DNA of 64,000 nucleotides from an uncultured Planctomycetaceae bacterium (lineage in GTDB: Bacteria; Planctomycetota; Planctomycetia; Pirellulales; Thermoguttaceae). The translations under genes were made by a program, and so were the position numbers. This document shows positions 26,972 to 37,773 of this stretch, in pieces. The DNA lies in the NCBI GenBank assembly GCA_963754135.1, contig CAVWEY010000002.1:929043-993042 (forward strand). Direction: 5' to 3'. Under the pieces are notes generated by a model, which worked only from the letters and a program-made list of their open reading frames with translations, was not told the DNA's origin and did not search any database. Each line of letters starts with the position of its first letter. Within the stretch, counting starts at the first letter, position 1.

Positions 26972-28315
26972 CTACATGAACTTCGTCAGGCCCGGCATGG
27001 CGATCGGGTACTTGCCGTCCTTGTCGGGCTTGGTGGGCGGGTCGGCGTCCAGGGCATAAGCAGCCGGGGCGAAGCTGTGCTGCGAGTTGATCGCCTCCTC
27101 CCAGGTGAGCGGCTGGCCGGTGTAATCCACCATCCGGCCGAGAATGGCCCACATGGTGCTGCGGGCCATATAGAGGCCGTTGTTGACCGGCTGGCCCGAG
27201 CGGATGGCGGCCAGCAACCTGCGATGCTCCTCGTCGTACGCCTGCGAAAGGGCGTGTGGACCGGTGAACTGCCAGGGTTTCTCCCCCTCGATCCGCGGCT
27301 TGTTGGGCAGGATGGCCCGGCCCTTCGTGCCGACAATAATATCGGTAACGTCGTTGTAGCAACCGGGCATCTGCCGGCAGTAGGCGTGGACGTGGACGCC
27401 GCCGGGATACTCGTACCTGACGGCGTGGTGGTCGTAGACGTCGCCGTCCTTGCGGTTGCGGAGCAGGCAGCCGCCGAGGCCCCACGCCCGCTGGGGCGGC
27501 TCGTCACGCATTGCCCAGGCCGCCTTGTCCAGACTGTGGACGTGCTGCTCGGTGTTGAAGTCCCCGGAGAGCCATACGAAGTATTGCCAGTTGCGCAACT
27601 GGTATTCCATTTCGGTCCACTGGGGCAGACGGTTGCGGTGCGAGAGGACACCGGCCAGATAGGTCTCCTGGATGCTCTTGATCTCGCCGATCGCGCCGTC
27701 CAGCACGCGCTTCATGGTTTCGCACACGCCCTGGTCGTACCGCCAGCAGAGGCCGGAGACGAGACTCAGTTTCTTCCGCTTCGCCTCTTCCACAGTGCTG
27801 AGCACGCTGCGGATGCCGGGGGTGTCGACAGCCACGGGCTTCTCGCAGAATATGTGCTTGCCGGCTTCCACGGCCGCCTTCAGGTGCGCGGGGCGAAAGT
27901 GCGGCGGCTCGGCCAGGATCACCACGTCCACGTCGCTCTGGATGAGCTTATCCGCGGCGTCCAGGCCCACGAAGCAGTGGTCCTTGCCGACGGCCACTTT
28001 CTGCGGCGCCTCCATCTTGGCAGCGTGCTTCCGCAGCGCGTCGAGGCTGTTTTCCAGGCGGTCGGCAAAGGCGTCGGCCATCGCCACGAGCTTGCAGTTC
28101 TTGTCGGCGCCCAGGGCGTTGACGGCGGCGCCGGTCCCCCGCCCGCCGCAACCGATCAGGCCGATCCGCAGCACGTCGTCGCCGGCGGCATGGGCGCCGC
28201 GGGCGACCGACAGGCCGCCGCTGAGCGCGCCGGCGGCCGCCAGGCTGGAGGCAGTTTTCAGAAAATCCCGCCGGCTAGGGGCCGGGGAATTGTTCGTGTG
28301 GGGTTCTCGTGCCAT
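26972..28315 (-). CDS. Gfo/Idh/MocA-family oxidoreductase with twin-arginine (Tat) signal
   Basis: Start at MAREPHTNNSPAPSRRDFLKTASSLAAAGAL (Tat motif), then LRIGLIGCGGRGTGAAVNAL Rossmann motif. Confidence 0.7.
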   Translation of the reverse strand: MAREPHTNNSPAPSRRDFLKTASSLAAAGALSGGLSVARGAHAAGDDVLRIGLIGCGGRGTGAAVNALGADKNCKLVAMADAFADRLENSLDALRKHAAKMEAPQKVAVGKDHCFVGLDAADKLIQSDVDVVILAEPPHFRPAHLKAAVEAGKHIFCEKPVAVDTPGIRSVLSTVEEAKRKKLSLVSGLCWRYDQGVCETMKRVLDGAIGEIKSIQETYLAGVLSHRNRLPQWTEMEYQLRNWQYFVWLSGDFNTEQHVHSLDKAAWAMRDEPPQRAWGLGGCLLRNRKDGDVYDHHAVRYEYPGGVHVHAYCRQMPGCYNDVTDIIVGTKGRAILPNKPRIEGEKPWQFTGPHALSQAYDEEHRRLLAAIRSGQPVNNGLYMARSTMWAILGRMVDYTGQPLTWEEAINSQHSFAPAAYALDADPPTKPDKDGKYPIAMPGLTKFM

Positions 28316-28432
28316 GAGCGTGGCTCCGTGTTGGGTGGGTAGCGACGTGTGAATGGGCGCGGCGAGGGCGCATAGGGGCATCCAACCGCTGCCCAGTTTA
28401 CGCCAACGGCACACGGGGTGCAAGCAGGGTGC

Positions 28433-28500
28433 CATGCCCACGCTTGTCGTGGGCATGTGGGGCAATCGCACGACTCATGCCCACGACAAGCGTGGGCATG
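28433..28500. repeat. pair of REP-like hairpins CATGCCCACG-cttgt-CGTGGGCATG and CATGCCCACG-acaag-CGTGGGCATG
   Basis: Two 10-bp-stem hairpins with reverse-complementary loops, intergenic. Confidence 0.5.
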
Positions 28501-28519
28501 GCACCCAACGCCGCATGCA

Positions 28520-29662
28520 CTATCTTAGCCTGGCGGTGGATCGCAGGAACTCGGCGTCCAGGGGCCTCAGTTCGCCGAACGCCTGGCGGAACTGCGCCAG
28601 CCGCCGCTCGGGGCCGTCCTCCAAGAGCGCCTTCTTCTTCGACAACATGGCCAGATAAGCCACGTATTCCTTGGGGTGCTTCTGGAGAAGGAAGTACGTC
28701 AACGCCCAGGCCTCGGCATAGGCGTCGAGCGCCTGTTTTGGGTCGCGGAACCGCCGGTCATCGCGGAGGAGCGTCTCCAGCGAATCGGCCGGCCGCGCGT
28801 CGAGCCACTGCCGGAACCGCTCGAGCCGCGATTGATTGACCGCTCCCAGGCCGCTCCAGCCCTTGGGGCTGCGGAGGTCGGGCGTCTCGAAGTACATCGC
28901 AATCCCTTCGCTGAACCAGAGCGGGCAATCGCTCAGCCGCGCGTGCAGTCCGCAGTTGAACGCGATCTGGTGCGTGGCCTCGTGAACGATCGTGGCTACG
29001 GTGCGCTCGGCGTCGGGCTGGGCCAGGATCTGGTCGATCTGGGCCGCCGTGTGGTTCCGCCCGGCCCCGCGCCCCTGCGACTCTAAGCCTGTCAGATCGT
29101 ACATCGTCATCCGGTTGCTGGATGCCATGCCATAGTAACCGAGCATCGAATCCGCCGCTTCGCCCGCCTCCGACCGGGCGTACTTCACGTATGATTGCTT
29201 GTCGGCAAAGACGACGGCCACCAGCGGAAACTCCGGCTGACGCAACTGGAAGCCCTTGCGGGTCCAGAAGTTGGTGAATGCCACGTAGAGCCGCTCGAAC
29301 AGCGCGCCGCACCACTGCGCATAGGCCGGCGAGGTGTCATGGAAAATCAGGTAGTGGGCCGTCTGGTGAACGCGGAACCCCGGCGGCAGTTCCGCCAGGA
29401 GCCGCTTGCTCAACTCGTCGCGGCTGTAGGGCTGGAAGGGTTGCTGGTCGGTGGTGTGCTGGACTTGTTCCTCGGGCGGGACCGCCCAGAGCACGCCGTC
29501 CCGCCCCAGCACCAGCAGCCCGCCGTCCTGGGCCTCGACCAGCAACCGGCCGGCCACGTCCAACGTCTTTCCGTCGCGGCGGAACGTCACGTAATCGAGC
29601 GCCGCCACATGGCCGGCGCAAGTCAAAGACACGAACAAGAAAACCAGCACACCTCTCATCAT
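28520..29662 (-). CDS. secreted DUF1570-like protein with HExxH-like motif (HEATHQ)
   Basis: Signal peptide MMRGVLVFLFVSLTCAGHVAA; IVHEATHQIAFN and SEGIAMYFE motifs recalled for the DUF1570 family. Confidence 0.45.
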   Translation of the reverse strand: MMRGVLVFLFVSLTCAGHVAALDYVTFRRDGKTLDVAGRLLVEAQDGGLLVLGRDGVLWAVPPEEQVQHTTDQQPFQPYSRDELSKRLLAELPPGFRVHQTAHYLIFHDTSPAYAQWCGALFERLYVAFTNFWTRKGFQLRQPEFPLVAVVFADKQSYVKYARSEAGEAADSMLGYYGMASSNRMTMYDLTGLESQGRGAGRNHTAAQIDQILAQPDAERTVATIVHEATHQIAFNCGLHARLSDCPLWFSEGIAMYFETPDLRSPKGWSGLGAVNQSRLERFRQWLDARPADSLETLLRDDRRFRDPKQALDAYAEAWALTYFLLQKHPKEYVAYLAMLSKKKALLEDGPERRLAQFRQAFGELRPLDAEFLRSTARLR

Positions 29663-31112
29663 CCTTCATCCCTCATCCTTCCTATTATACTCCATCCGAC
29701 GGCGGCCAGGGCGCCGAAGAAGGCCAACTGGGCCAGGCAGACCCCCGCCACCTGGTCTTCCACGCCGTAGTGCAATAGCCCAAAGATGTGGATCGACAGG
29801 GTTTGCACGCCGGGGGGCACCACCAAGATGCTGGCCGCCAGGTCGCCCAAGGCCACGGCCAGCGAGACGACAAACGCCAGGCCCACCGCCGGCCAGCGGA
29901 GGGGTAGGGCGATCAGCCAGAACCGCGCGACCGGTCCCGCGCCGTCGACCGCCGCCGCTTCCAGCATCTCCCGCGGGACCGTCCGCAGGGCGTACCAGAG
30001 GACGAAAATCGCCGGCGGCAGTCCCCGGACCAGAAGGGCCAAGAACGGGGCCAGAATCGACCGGTCGTAGAGTTCCACGAGCCAGGGCAATTCCGGGCGG
30101 TCGAGCGCCTTAATGATCGCCAGGCCGAGTATCGGTCCGGGCACGGCCAGGGCCAGGGCCGCCGTCAGCAGCGCCGGCAGCGATTTCAGTCCGCCCCGCC
30201 GCGCAAACCACGCCAGCGGAATTGCCGCCAGCACCGCCGTGGCGGCCGCCAGCGGGCCAATCAGGAGTGACCATCGCAACTCGCGTCGGCAGCGCCACGG
30301 CGCGGAGGCGATCATCGCCACGCATTGGCCGGGCGAGAACTCGCGGACCCGGCCCGTCTCGGTCTGCGAGACGATCACGCCAGCCTTGTACGCCAGATTG
30401 CCCAGCGGCACGCCGATCAACAGCAACAGCAACCCGGCCGCCAGCACGCCCGCCGGCAGCCGCCAGGCGCCCAGCCGATAGCCCCACCGCGCGGGCCGAG
30501 CACGAGCGGGTGATCGCCCGGCATTAGCCCGCGGCAGAGCACCATGCCGGCCACAACCAGCAGTGCCGTCATCGCCATGCCGGGCAATGCTCGCAAGGGC
30601 GCCACGCCCGGCTCCTGTCCGACGGCCAACAGCGTGTAGACCTCTTCGGCATAGGTCCGCACGGCGAACAGGTCGGTGACGGTCATTTCCCCGGCCGCGC
30701 TCAAGGCGACCCAGAGCGCGGCCACGCCCACGGCCGGCAACGCCGCGGGCAGGGTGACGTGCCGGAACACTTGCCAGCCGGTGCAGTCCAGCGCGGCCGA
30801 CTCTTCCAGTTCCGGCTCGACTTTGGCCAGTCCGAAGCCGGCGATCAGCACGACCCAGGGGACGGCCGCCATGCTATGGACCCAGATGGCGCCCCGCCAG
30901 CCTTCCAACAGCACCGGTGCGAAACCGGCAAACGGTCTTGGAGCAGCCAGCGTACACCATCCTTGCAGTCCGAAGCCCGCCTGCCACGCTGCCGCCTGGA
31001 GATAGAGCGGCACGAAGAGCATCAGCCCGAGCATGGCCAGCCCCAGCCGCCGGCCCGGCAGGTCGGTCCGCACCAGCAGCCAGGCCAGGAAAGTCCCCAG
31101 CGGGACGCTCAC
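29659..31112 (-). CDS. two-domain ABC transporter permease (Fe3+/thiamine FbpB-type), split between two frames near 30.43 kb
   Basis: ORFs 30417..31112 and 29659..30447 are both polytopic with a binding-protein-dependent permease signature (...AAAVDGAGPVARFWLIALPL...). Confidence 0.55.
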
Positions 31113-31242
31113 GGCGGCACGTCGCGCCGGCCAGCAGGAGCGTGTTCAGGAGAAGGGATAATGTTCGTTGATCCACGATCGCTGCGAAGCCGCAAGCGGC
31201 TGCAAACATAAAGCCGCGACCGGTGGTCGCGCCGCGGGGGGT

Positions 31243-31319
31243 GGCACGCCCTGAAAGGGCGTGGCGGGCGTCGAGGCTCAATCGAGCGATCCACCACGCC
31301 CTTTCAGGGCGTGCCACCC
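31243..31319. repeat. pair of REP-like hairpins (GGCACGCCCTGAAAGGGCGTGGC ... CCACGCCCTTTCAGGGCGTGCC)
   Basis: Intergenic between the permease and the SPFH gene. Also a CGCGACCGGTGGTCGCG palindrome at 31214-31230. Confidence 0.45.
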
Positions 31320-31324
31320 GACCG

Positions 31325-32677
31325 CTAGTTTACGTCACCGCCGACGAGCTTTTGCTCCACCTGGTCGGCCTGCCAGGCCAACGCCGAGAGGACGCGGCTG
31401 ACGTCCAAGGGGGTGACGGCCTCGGCCAACTGGTTCGTTTGCAAGACGACCATTTCGGCCGTGCCGACCTTCTTGACGGCGAAGGCCCCGTGCAACGTGC
31501 CCGTGTTGAAACGCAGCAGATCGGCGGCGTTCTTCTCCTGGTAGGGGCCGCAGACGGACCAGTAGTGTACCGTGGCGTGGCCAGAGGCATCGCTTTGGCC
31601 GAACTCGACGTTGACCACCTGCTTCCGCAGTCCGCCGATGGGCACGGTGATCTGCACGGCGCCGGCCGACTCGACAATGGCATAGCCGGCGGCGGTCGCC
31701 ACGGCGCGGACCACCGCCGCGGGATCGGCGGCTGCCGGGGCCAAGCCGGAGAAGTCCGGCCCGACCGACACGCCCGCAGCGGCCCCGCCGGCGGGACTGG
31801 TCCGGGGGCCGGCGACACCCGCTCCGGCGACCATTGCCTGCTGGATCATGCCGGGCATCATCATGCCGAAACCTGCGCCCATGCCCATTCCCATGGCCCC
31901 GCCGGCCATGCCGCCGCCACCCCCTTGCTCGGCCAGCTTGGTCAGGCTGCTGGCGGCCTGGAACTTCATGAAGGCGTTCAGGTCGCCGACCGCGCCCATT
32001 GCGCTGCGGGCGTCAATGGCCTTCTGCACGTCCTCCGGCGGCGTGATGGCGTTGATGAAGAAATCGACCAGTTCCAGTCCGTACTTGGCGAACTCCTCGG
32101 CCACCTTCGCCCGCGTGTCCGCGGCCACCTCGTCATACTTCGCCGGCAGGTCCAACAATCCGATCTTGAGCGTGCCCATCAGGTCGGCCAGGCGGGCCAG
32201 GATCAAGTCCCGCAGATACGAGCTAACCGCCTCGGTGGTGTACTTGTTCTGCGTCCCCACCAGCGTATTCAGGAACACCGGCGAATCGGACACGCGGAAC
32301 GAATACTTGCCGAAGCTCCGCAGCCGGACCATGCCGAACTCGGCGTCGCGGAAGGCGATCGGCTGCAAAGTGCCCCACTTCTGGTCGATGAACGTCTGAC
32401 GGCCGATGAAATAGACCGACGCCTGGAAGGGGGATTTCTCCCAGGGGATGGTCAAGAGCCGGGTCAGGATCGGCACGTTGGCCGTGGTCAGCGTGTGCCG
32501 GCCGGGGCCGAAGGTGTCCAGGGCCTTGCCGTCGCGGAGAAAGACCGCCTCCTGATTTTCTTGCACGATTAGTTGGGCCCCGAGCTTGATGTCGGCCGAC
32601 CCTTCCGGCGGGATCCGCGCGATGATCGACTGGTTCGTGTTGTCGAAGAACTGAATGACTTCCAAGCGGATGGCCAT
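31325..32677 (-). CDS. SPFH/band-7 (stomatin-prohibitin-like) domain protein with Gly/Met/Ala-rich linker and C-terminal domain
   Basis: 450 aa; N-terminal block [23 protein letters not shown]...[24 protein letters not shown] resembles COG4260-type SPFH proteins. Confidence 0.6.
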   Translation of the reverse strand: MAIRLEVIQFFDNTNQSIIARIPPEGSADIKLGAQLIVQENQEAVFLRDGKALDTFGPGRHTLTTANVPILTRLLTIPWEKSPFQASVYFIGRQTFIDQKWGTLQPIAFRDAEFGMVRLRSFGKYSFRVSDSPVFLNTLVGTQNKYTTEAVSSYLRDLILARLADLMGTLKIGLLDLPAKYDEVAADTRAKVAEEFAKYGLELVDFFINAITPPEDVQKAIDARSAMGAVGDLNAFMKFQAASSLTKLAEQGGGGGMAGGAMGMGMGAGFGMMMPGMIQQAMVAGAGVAGPRTSPAGGAAAGVSVGPDFSGLAPAAADPAAVVRAVATAAGYAIVESAGAVQITVPIGGLRKQVVNVEFGQSDASGHATVHYWSVCGPYQEKNAADLLRFNTGTLHGAFAVKKVGTAEMVVLQTNQLAEAVTPLDVSRVLSALAWQADQVEQKLVGGDVN

Positions 32678-33047
32678 GATTGATAGTCTCCCTGTAAGGA
32701 CGGCTGGCTAACACCCATAGCATACTGGGGGGAACGAATACTGGGTAGTGGCCGAGGACTCGGGGTTCGGGGTCCGGTGGCCGGAGTTGGAAACCAGTCC
32801 CGAGCCACGAACCTTGAGCCCCGAGTCCCCAGTTGCCCCATTTTGACGCAATTTGGCCTATGATTCGTCTTGGCCCGCCGGGGTGTCGATGCTATAGTCC
32901 CGCCCGGCTGGTTGCGGGTACGTCTTGGTTCAGGCGAACCGCACCGAGCAATGGCCGGGGGCTAACGATCCCCGAACGGAAAGGCCCGGAGCTTGGACAC
33001 ACTCCGGGGGCTGTTGGCCCCTGGCTATTACGGTACATGGTTCAGCT

Positions 33048-33746
33048 ATGAGCGGTGCGGGCGGCCGACGACTTCTGCTGGTGCTTTGCGGTCTGGCAAC
33101 CGTGGCGGCGGCCGGCTGCGCCGAACTGGACTTTCTGCCGTCCTGGGTGCCGTTTCAAGGGCCGGCCTCGGACGTGTTGCCCGGGGTAGTGACCCCTGCA
33201 CAACGCATCTCCGAACTTCAGAAGCTGTCGGAGACGGCGGCCGGCAAGACCGCCGACGAGAAGCTGAAGATTTCCGAGCAGTTGGCCTATTCGATCCGGA
33301 CGGAAAAAGACCCGCTCCTGCGCGTGGAGATCATCCGTGCGTTGGGGTGTTATCCCGGCCCGGCGGCGGACGCCATCCTCAAGGCGGCCCTGAGCGATAC
33401 CGATACGAACGTCCGTGTGGCGGCGTGCGAGGGCTGGGGGCGTCGGGGTGACGCCAATGCCGTGGCACTGCTGAGCGAGGCGCTGCGGAGCGACGTGCAA
33501 AGCGACGTCCGGCTGGCGGCGGCCAAGGCCCTGGGCGAGACCCGCAACCCGGCCGCCGTGCCCGTGCTGGGCGAGGCCCTGGCTGACGCCGATCCCGCCA
33601 TGCAATATCGGGCCGTCCTGTCGCTGAAGCAGGCCACCGGCAAGGACCTGGGCGACAGCGTGGACCGCTGGCAGCAGTACGTCAAGGGAGAGCAGCCCGC
33701 GCCGGCCCCGACGCTGGGCGAGCGGATTCTACACTGGTTTCGATGA
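33048..33746 (+). CDS. HEAT/PBS-lyase repeat lipoprotein
   Basis: Lipobox LATVAAAGC, then repeated ...VRxxAxxALGxxxxxxAVxxL units. Confidence 0.55.
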   Translation: MSGAGGRRLLLVLCGLATVAAAGCAELDFLPSWVPFQGPASDVLPGVVTPAQRISELQKLSETAAGKTADEKLKISEQLAYSIRTEKDPLLRVEIIRALGCYPGPAADAILKAALSDTDTNVRVAACEGWGRRGDANAVALLSEALRSDVQSDVRLAAAKALGETRNPAAVPVLGEALADADPAMQYRAVLSLKQATGKDLGDSVDRWQQYVKGEQPAPAPTLGERILHWFR

Positions 33747-33926
33747 CCTGACCAACCGATACCGTTAGTGATGGGCACGTTGCCGTTGATTCCGAGCACG
33801 AAAACCCCTAGTATAGGACTGGTCCCGATCGCGCCGTGCCGCTTGCGGATCTGCTACCCGCAGGGCGGACGGCCGGCGCTGCGGCCCGTGTGGCGCGGCG
33901 GCGGCCAGCACGAAGGCGGTGAGCGC

Positions 33927-34892
33927 ATGCAGCCGGTACGTATCACCGAGCAGTTCAAGACCCTGCTGGGGGTCGCCCGGCAGATGACCGAATCGGCCGA
34001 GGCGGAGGCCATTCTGCTGCTGCTGGAAGGCCCGGTGGAATGGTCGCGGGTGAAGACCCTGGCCGGCAAGGCGAAGGTCGTCGTGGCCGGCAACGTGGCC
34101 GAGGAGTTGGCCGGGGCCAAGGAGGCGGGCCTGTTGTGCGTCCGCCTCGACATGCCCGACAACCCGGTCTACGAACGCCTTACCCAATCGGTGCTCGAGG
34201 CCGTGGCCGACGACATCCTGACGGCCGGCTCGAGCGTGGTGGCCCTCTACAGCGGCTTCGACGCCAGCACGGTCGACTCGCTGAGCGTCATCGACCTGGA
34301 CGAGCACCTGAACCGGCTCACCGGCCGCGACCTGCGGCAGTTGGAAACCCGGGTCCCCCTGGACACGCTGAAGATCGTCGTCGATCTGGCGGTCGAGATC
34401 GGCCGCGAAGGCCGCGAGGGGAAGCCCGTCGGCACGCTCATGGTGGTGGGCGACAGCCGCAAGGTGCTGGCCTCCAGCCGGCCGACCGGTTTCGATCCCG
34501 TCCGCGGCTACAGCCGCAAGGAACGCAATCTGGACGACCCGCGGGTCCGCGAGGGGATCAAGGAAATCGCCCAGATGGACGGGGCCATCATCGTCTCGGC
34601 CGACGGCGTGGTCGAGGCGGCCTGCCGCTACCTCGATTGCTCCGCCGCCGACGTGACCTTGAGCAAGGGCCTCGGCGCCCGCCACTGGGCCGCCGCCGCC
34701 ATCAGCCGGGCCACCAACGCCGTGGCCGTCACCGTCAGCCAGAGCAACGGTACCGTGCGCATCTTCCACAACGGCGAGGTCGTGCTGCGGATCGAGCCGT
34801 ATCTCCGCCGCCCCATGGTCTGGCGGGAGTTCGAGTACGAGCCGCCCCAGCCGGAAGTGAAGCCGAAGCCCAAGGGCGACGGAGCGGCATAG
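33927..34892 (+). CDS. diadenylate cyclase (DAC/DisA_N) domain protein with an N-terminal domain of unknown function
   Basis: DAC motifs GTLMVVGDS...DGAIIVSADGVV...GLGARHWAAAAISRATNAVAVTVSQSNGTVRIF (DGA / RHR / TRH-like blocks). Start set at MQPVRITEQ. Confidence 0.6.
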   Translation: MQPVRITEQFKTLLGVARQMTESAEAEAILLLLEGPVEWSRVKTLAGKAKVVVAGNVAEELAGAKEAGLLCVRLDMPDNPVYERLTQSVLEAVADDILTAGSSVVALYSGFDASTVDSLSVIDLDEHLNRLTGRDLRQLETRVPLDTLKIVVDLAVEIGREGREGKPVGTLMVVGDSRKVLASSRPTGFDPVRGYSRKERNLDDPRVREGIKEIAQMDGAIIVSADGVVEAACRYLDCSAADVTLSKGLGARHWAAAAISRATNAVAVTVSQSNGTVRIFHNGEVVLRIEPYLRRPMVWREFEYEPPQPEVKPKPKGDGAA

Positions 34893-34893
34893 C

Positions 34894-35553
34894 TCACCGC
34901 GGCCGGTCCATCACCAAGTCCACCTCGAACCGCGAGTACGGCTGAGTGGCCTTGACCACCTTGGCCGAGCGGATTTTGAGCGAGCCGGCCGGCTGGTTGT
35001 TGGAATCGACCGTCTCGTAGAGCACCACGCCGGGATCGTTCGTCAGCCGCCGGGCGAAATTGTGCTTGCCGGCCAGGATGGCCACTAGCGCGCTCGGGTC
35101 GCCGGTCGTGCCGCGGAGGGTGATCCGCTCGACCTGCTGGGCGGCGTTGAAATAGTAGGTCAGCGAGCCGGCCACGTCGCGGAGGCTCGTGCCGCTGACC
35201 AACGGCACGCGGTAGCCCTGCAATTGCAGGTACGGCAGGCCGGTGGAGACCCGCGGCCAGCGCTGCATCACCCACTCGACCGTCACGTCAAACCGCAACA
35301 CCTCGGCCAGCGGCGGCGTGGGCATGGTCTCCAGCGGCGACAAGGCGGCCGGGATCGCCAGCGGCGTGGCCGACGCGGCGTCGGGCGGCAGTGCGTCGCC
35401 CGACGGCTGCGGGACCGCGGCGCTCTTGGCCGTCCAGCCCGCGATGCTCTTCCGCACCTTCGTCACAAAGTCGGAAGTCGAGAACAGGCTGATCGGACCG
35501 CCGACCGCCAAGGCCAGCCCGAAGGCATAGAGCACAGTTCGCTTGATGTTCAT
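34894..35553 (-). CDS. hypothetical membrane-anchored protein
   Basis: Start at MNIKRTVLYAFGLALAVGGPISLF (signal anchor). No family recognised. Confidence 0.35.
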   Translation of the reverse strand: MNIKRTVLYAFGLALAVGGPISLFSTSDFVTKVRKSIAGWTAKSAAVPQPSGDALPPDAASATPLAIPAALSPLETMPTPPLAEVLRFDVTVEWVMQRWPRVSTGLPYLQLQGYRVPLVSGTSLRDVAGSLTYYFNAAQQVERITLRGTTGDPSALVAILAGKHNFARRLTNDPGVVLYETVDSNNQPAGSLKIRSAKVVKATQPYSRFEVDLVMDRPR

Positions 35554-35803
35554 ATTCGAGAGGATCGGCTGGCCGGGGCGCCGGGCTTGCCGCAACCCGA
35601 GACCAGCCGCCGCAGATTGCCCAGACCGAACGCCGGGAGCAAGCCACAGAGGCGGCACAGGCGGAAACGGCGCAAGTAAACGCCCTGCAACTGCGGTCGC
35701 AGGGGGAACGTGCGGCTCCGCCCCCCGCGAGCGCAGTCGCGGGGCGTTTTCCACTCAGCCCAGCGCACTTCTGAGAACCGGAAAATCCGGAATTGTCAAC
35801 CCG

Positions 35804-36719
35804 CTACCGGCTGCTCCCCGCCCTCTCCGCCGTTCGGGCCGGCTCGGAGAGAAGCCGTTCCGAGAAGCGGTTGACGTAGTGGATGCTGCTGGCCTCGCCG
35901 CGGAAGCCCACCACGTGCTTGTCGATGTCCATCTGTTGGCCCAGCACGCGGCCCGCGTCGATGTCGAACCGCACCCGGCCGGCGCTCTCCCGTTGCACGA
36001 GTTGCGACTCGACCGCCGGGTCGGTGATGGGAGTGAGCACTTCGGTCGAGACGCGGATCGTGGCCACGCCCGTCTTCACGCCCTCGAGCACGAACTGCTG
36101 CACCGCCTTGACCTTTTTCACCCCGCCGGCCTCCAAGGGGATGTCGATCTCCTGCGGGATCGACCACGTGTGCCCGACGGCGACGGGCTCCTCGGGCAGT
36201 GGGATGGTCATCCAGCCGTCGTCTTGGGAAGGAACCATCGCGATCTTCGGATTGGTCTTGCCTTCTTCCTTGCTGACGGAACGCCGCTGGCGTTTGATGA
36301 CCTTTCCTTGCCGGTCGATGGTCACGGTGGCCAGCAGGACGCCGACCGACCGAGCGGCGGTCTCGAAGCCCGGCGGCGGCTTGGCGGCGGTGCGGCTGTC
36401 GTAGTGGACTTCCTCGCGGCCGGTCGAGCTTCTGCCGCATGTCGACCCACTCGACGCGGTGCTCGAAGGTGGCGGTGCCGTCGGGCCGCACGTCGGCCAC
36501 CCGCCACGCCTTCAGCGACGTGCTCGACGTTTCGGTGGTCTGGGTGTGGCGGGAAACCGTGGCCCGGACCATCGAGAGGTGTTCCACCTCCCAGCGGATC
36601 GTCTCGCCGGGCTGGAACTTGTAGCGGAGGGTATACTTCTGGGTTTCACCGGCAATGGCGGTCAGAGCAATGGCGGCCAACAGCAGCGCGGCCGCCGTGC
36701 CGCAAATCAGGCTTTTCAT
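35804..36719 (-). CDS. hypothetical secreted protein, split between two frames near 36.35 kb
   Basis: Signal peptide MKSLICGTAAALLLAAIALTAIAG (ORF 35796..36782). Continuation in ORF 35804..36325. Confidence 0.35.
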
Positions 36720-36756
36720 ACTCGCATCCTTTCGAGCGTATTGTACAGTATTGTAC

Positions 36757-36803
36757 TCGTCACGCCCCGCGTGACGCCCCAATTCCTCACGCGGAGCGTG
36801 AGG
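36757..36803. terminator. two related GC hairpins CGTCACGC-ccc-GCGTGACG and CCTCACGC-gga-GCGTGAGG downstream of nadK
   Basis: Perfect 8-bp stems, intergenic between the nadK stop (36810) and the next gene start (36719). Confidence 0.35.
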
Positions 36804-36809
36804 AGTACA

Positions 36810-37676
36810 CTACGAGTTGAGTTTCAACCGTCCGCCCCAGCCGAGTTTCTCCCGCAGCGAGCGGTAGTAGGTGTGGCCGGGATTGCCGACCAGCTTGAAC
36901 CGCGGCTCGGCCCGCTGGACGCGGACGCGGTCGCCCGGCTGCAAGCGGCAGATCATCCGCCCATCGACCACCACCGAGGTTCCCTCGTTGGGCCGCTCGA
37001 CGACCATTTCATACACGCAGTCGGCCGAATCCACCACCGGACGGATCGTCAGCGTGTGCGGGTTCAACGGCAGCACAACAAACGCTTGCAGGTGTTTCCG
37101 CAGGATCGGCCCGCCCGCCGAAAGGCAATGGGCGGTCGAGCCGACCGGCGTGCCGACCATCAAACCGTCGCAACTATACGTGGTGACCAAATCCGAGTCA
37201 ACGTAAAGATCGACGTCGATCAGGGCGAAGGGCGTGCCGGCGTGGATCACGGTCTCGTTCAGCCCAAGCTGCCGGCCGCGGATTTCCTCGCCCCGGCGGA
37301 TCGTACACTCGAACATCAGGTGCTCGGCGACGGTCAGCCGTCCGGCGGCGAAGTCCCGCAATAGCTCCGGCAGATCGGCGGGGGACATGTTAGCGAGAAA
37401 CCCCAGTTTACCCAGGTTGACGGCCATGACGGGCACCTGTCGCGTGCCCATCTGATGCGCCGCCCGCAGGATCGAGCCGTCGCCACCCAGTACGATGGCC
37501 AGGTCGGCCTCGGCTTGGGAGAGGTCCTCCGCGCCGGTGAAGTCGGTGCGGACGATGCGTGCGTGTTGCTCGATCAGCGGACGCAGCCGTTCGGCCTCGC
37601 GGAGCACTTCCGGCCGCCCGCCGGCGCCGAGCAGGAAGGCACGTGGGAGTCCGTCGGAGGCTTTTTTGGTGGTCAT
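36810..37676 (-). CDS. nadK: NAD kinase
   Basis: 288 aa; GDGSILRAAHQ (GDG motif), NLGKLGFL, conserved C-terminal block. Confidence 0.85.
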   Translation of the reverse strand: MTTKKASDGLPRAFLLGAGGRPEVLREAERLRPLIEQHARIVRTDFTGAEDLSQAEADLAIVLGGDGSILRAAHQMGTRQVPVMAVNLGKLGFLANMSPADLPELLRDFAAGRLTVAEHLMFECTIRRGEEIRGRQLGLNETVIHAGTPFALIDVDLYVDSDLVTTYSCDGLMVGTPVGSTAHCLSAGGPILRKHLQAFVVLPLNPHTLTIRPVVDSADCVYEMVVERPNEGTSVVVDGRMICRLQPGDRVRVQRAEPRFKLVGNPGHTYYRSLREKLGWGGRLKLNS

Positions 37677-37700
37677 TGGTTGTAATCTCTGCTCGGGATT

Positions 37701-37773
37701 GTAGGAGGCGACTCCAGTCGCCGATTGCGTGGCGATCGTGACTCCATCATCGGCGACTGGAGTCGCCTCCTAC
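37701..37773. repeat. REP-like family: GTAGGAGGCGACTCCAGTCGCCGAT and its inverse ATCGGCGACTGGAGTCGCCTCCTAC (two inverted copies)
   Basis: Exact further copy at 60157-60181; shorter relative GTAGGAGTCGCCTCCTAC at 9217-9234. Located between nadK and dxs, overlapping the dxs stop region. Confidence 0.6.

Noticed and set aside
25546-28315. Whether the glpD-like and Gfo/Idh/MocA genes belong to the accessory island
   Set aside because: Both are typical chromosomal metabolic genes with Tat/FAD signatures. The ISL3 remnant and the change in gene character at about 25.53 kb mark the island boundary instead.
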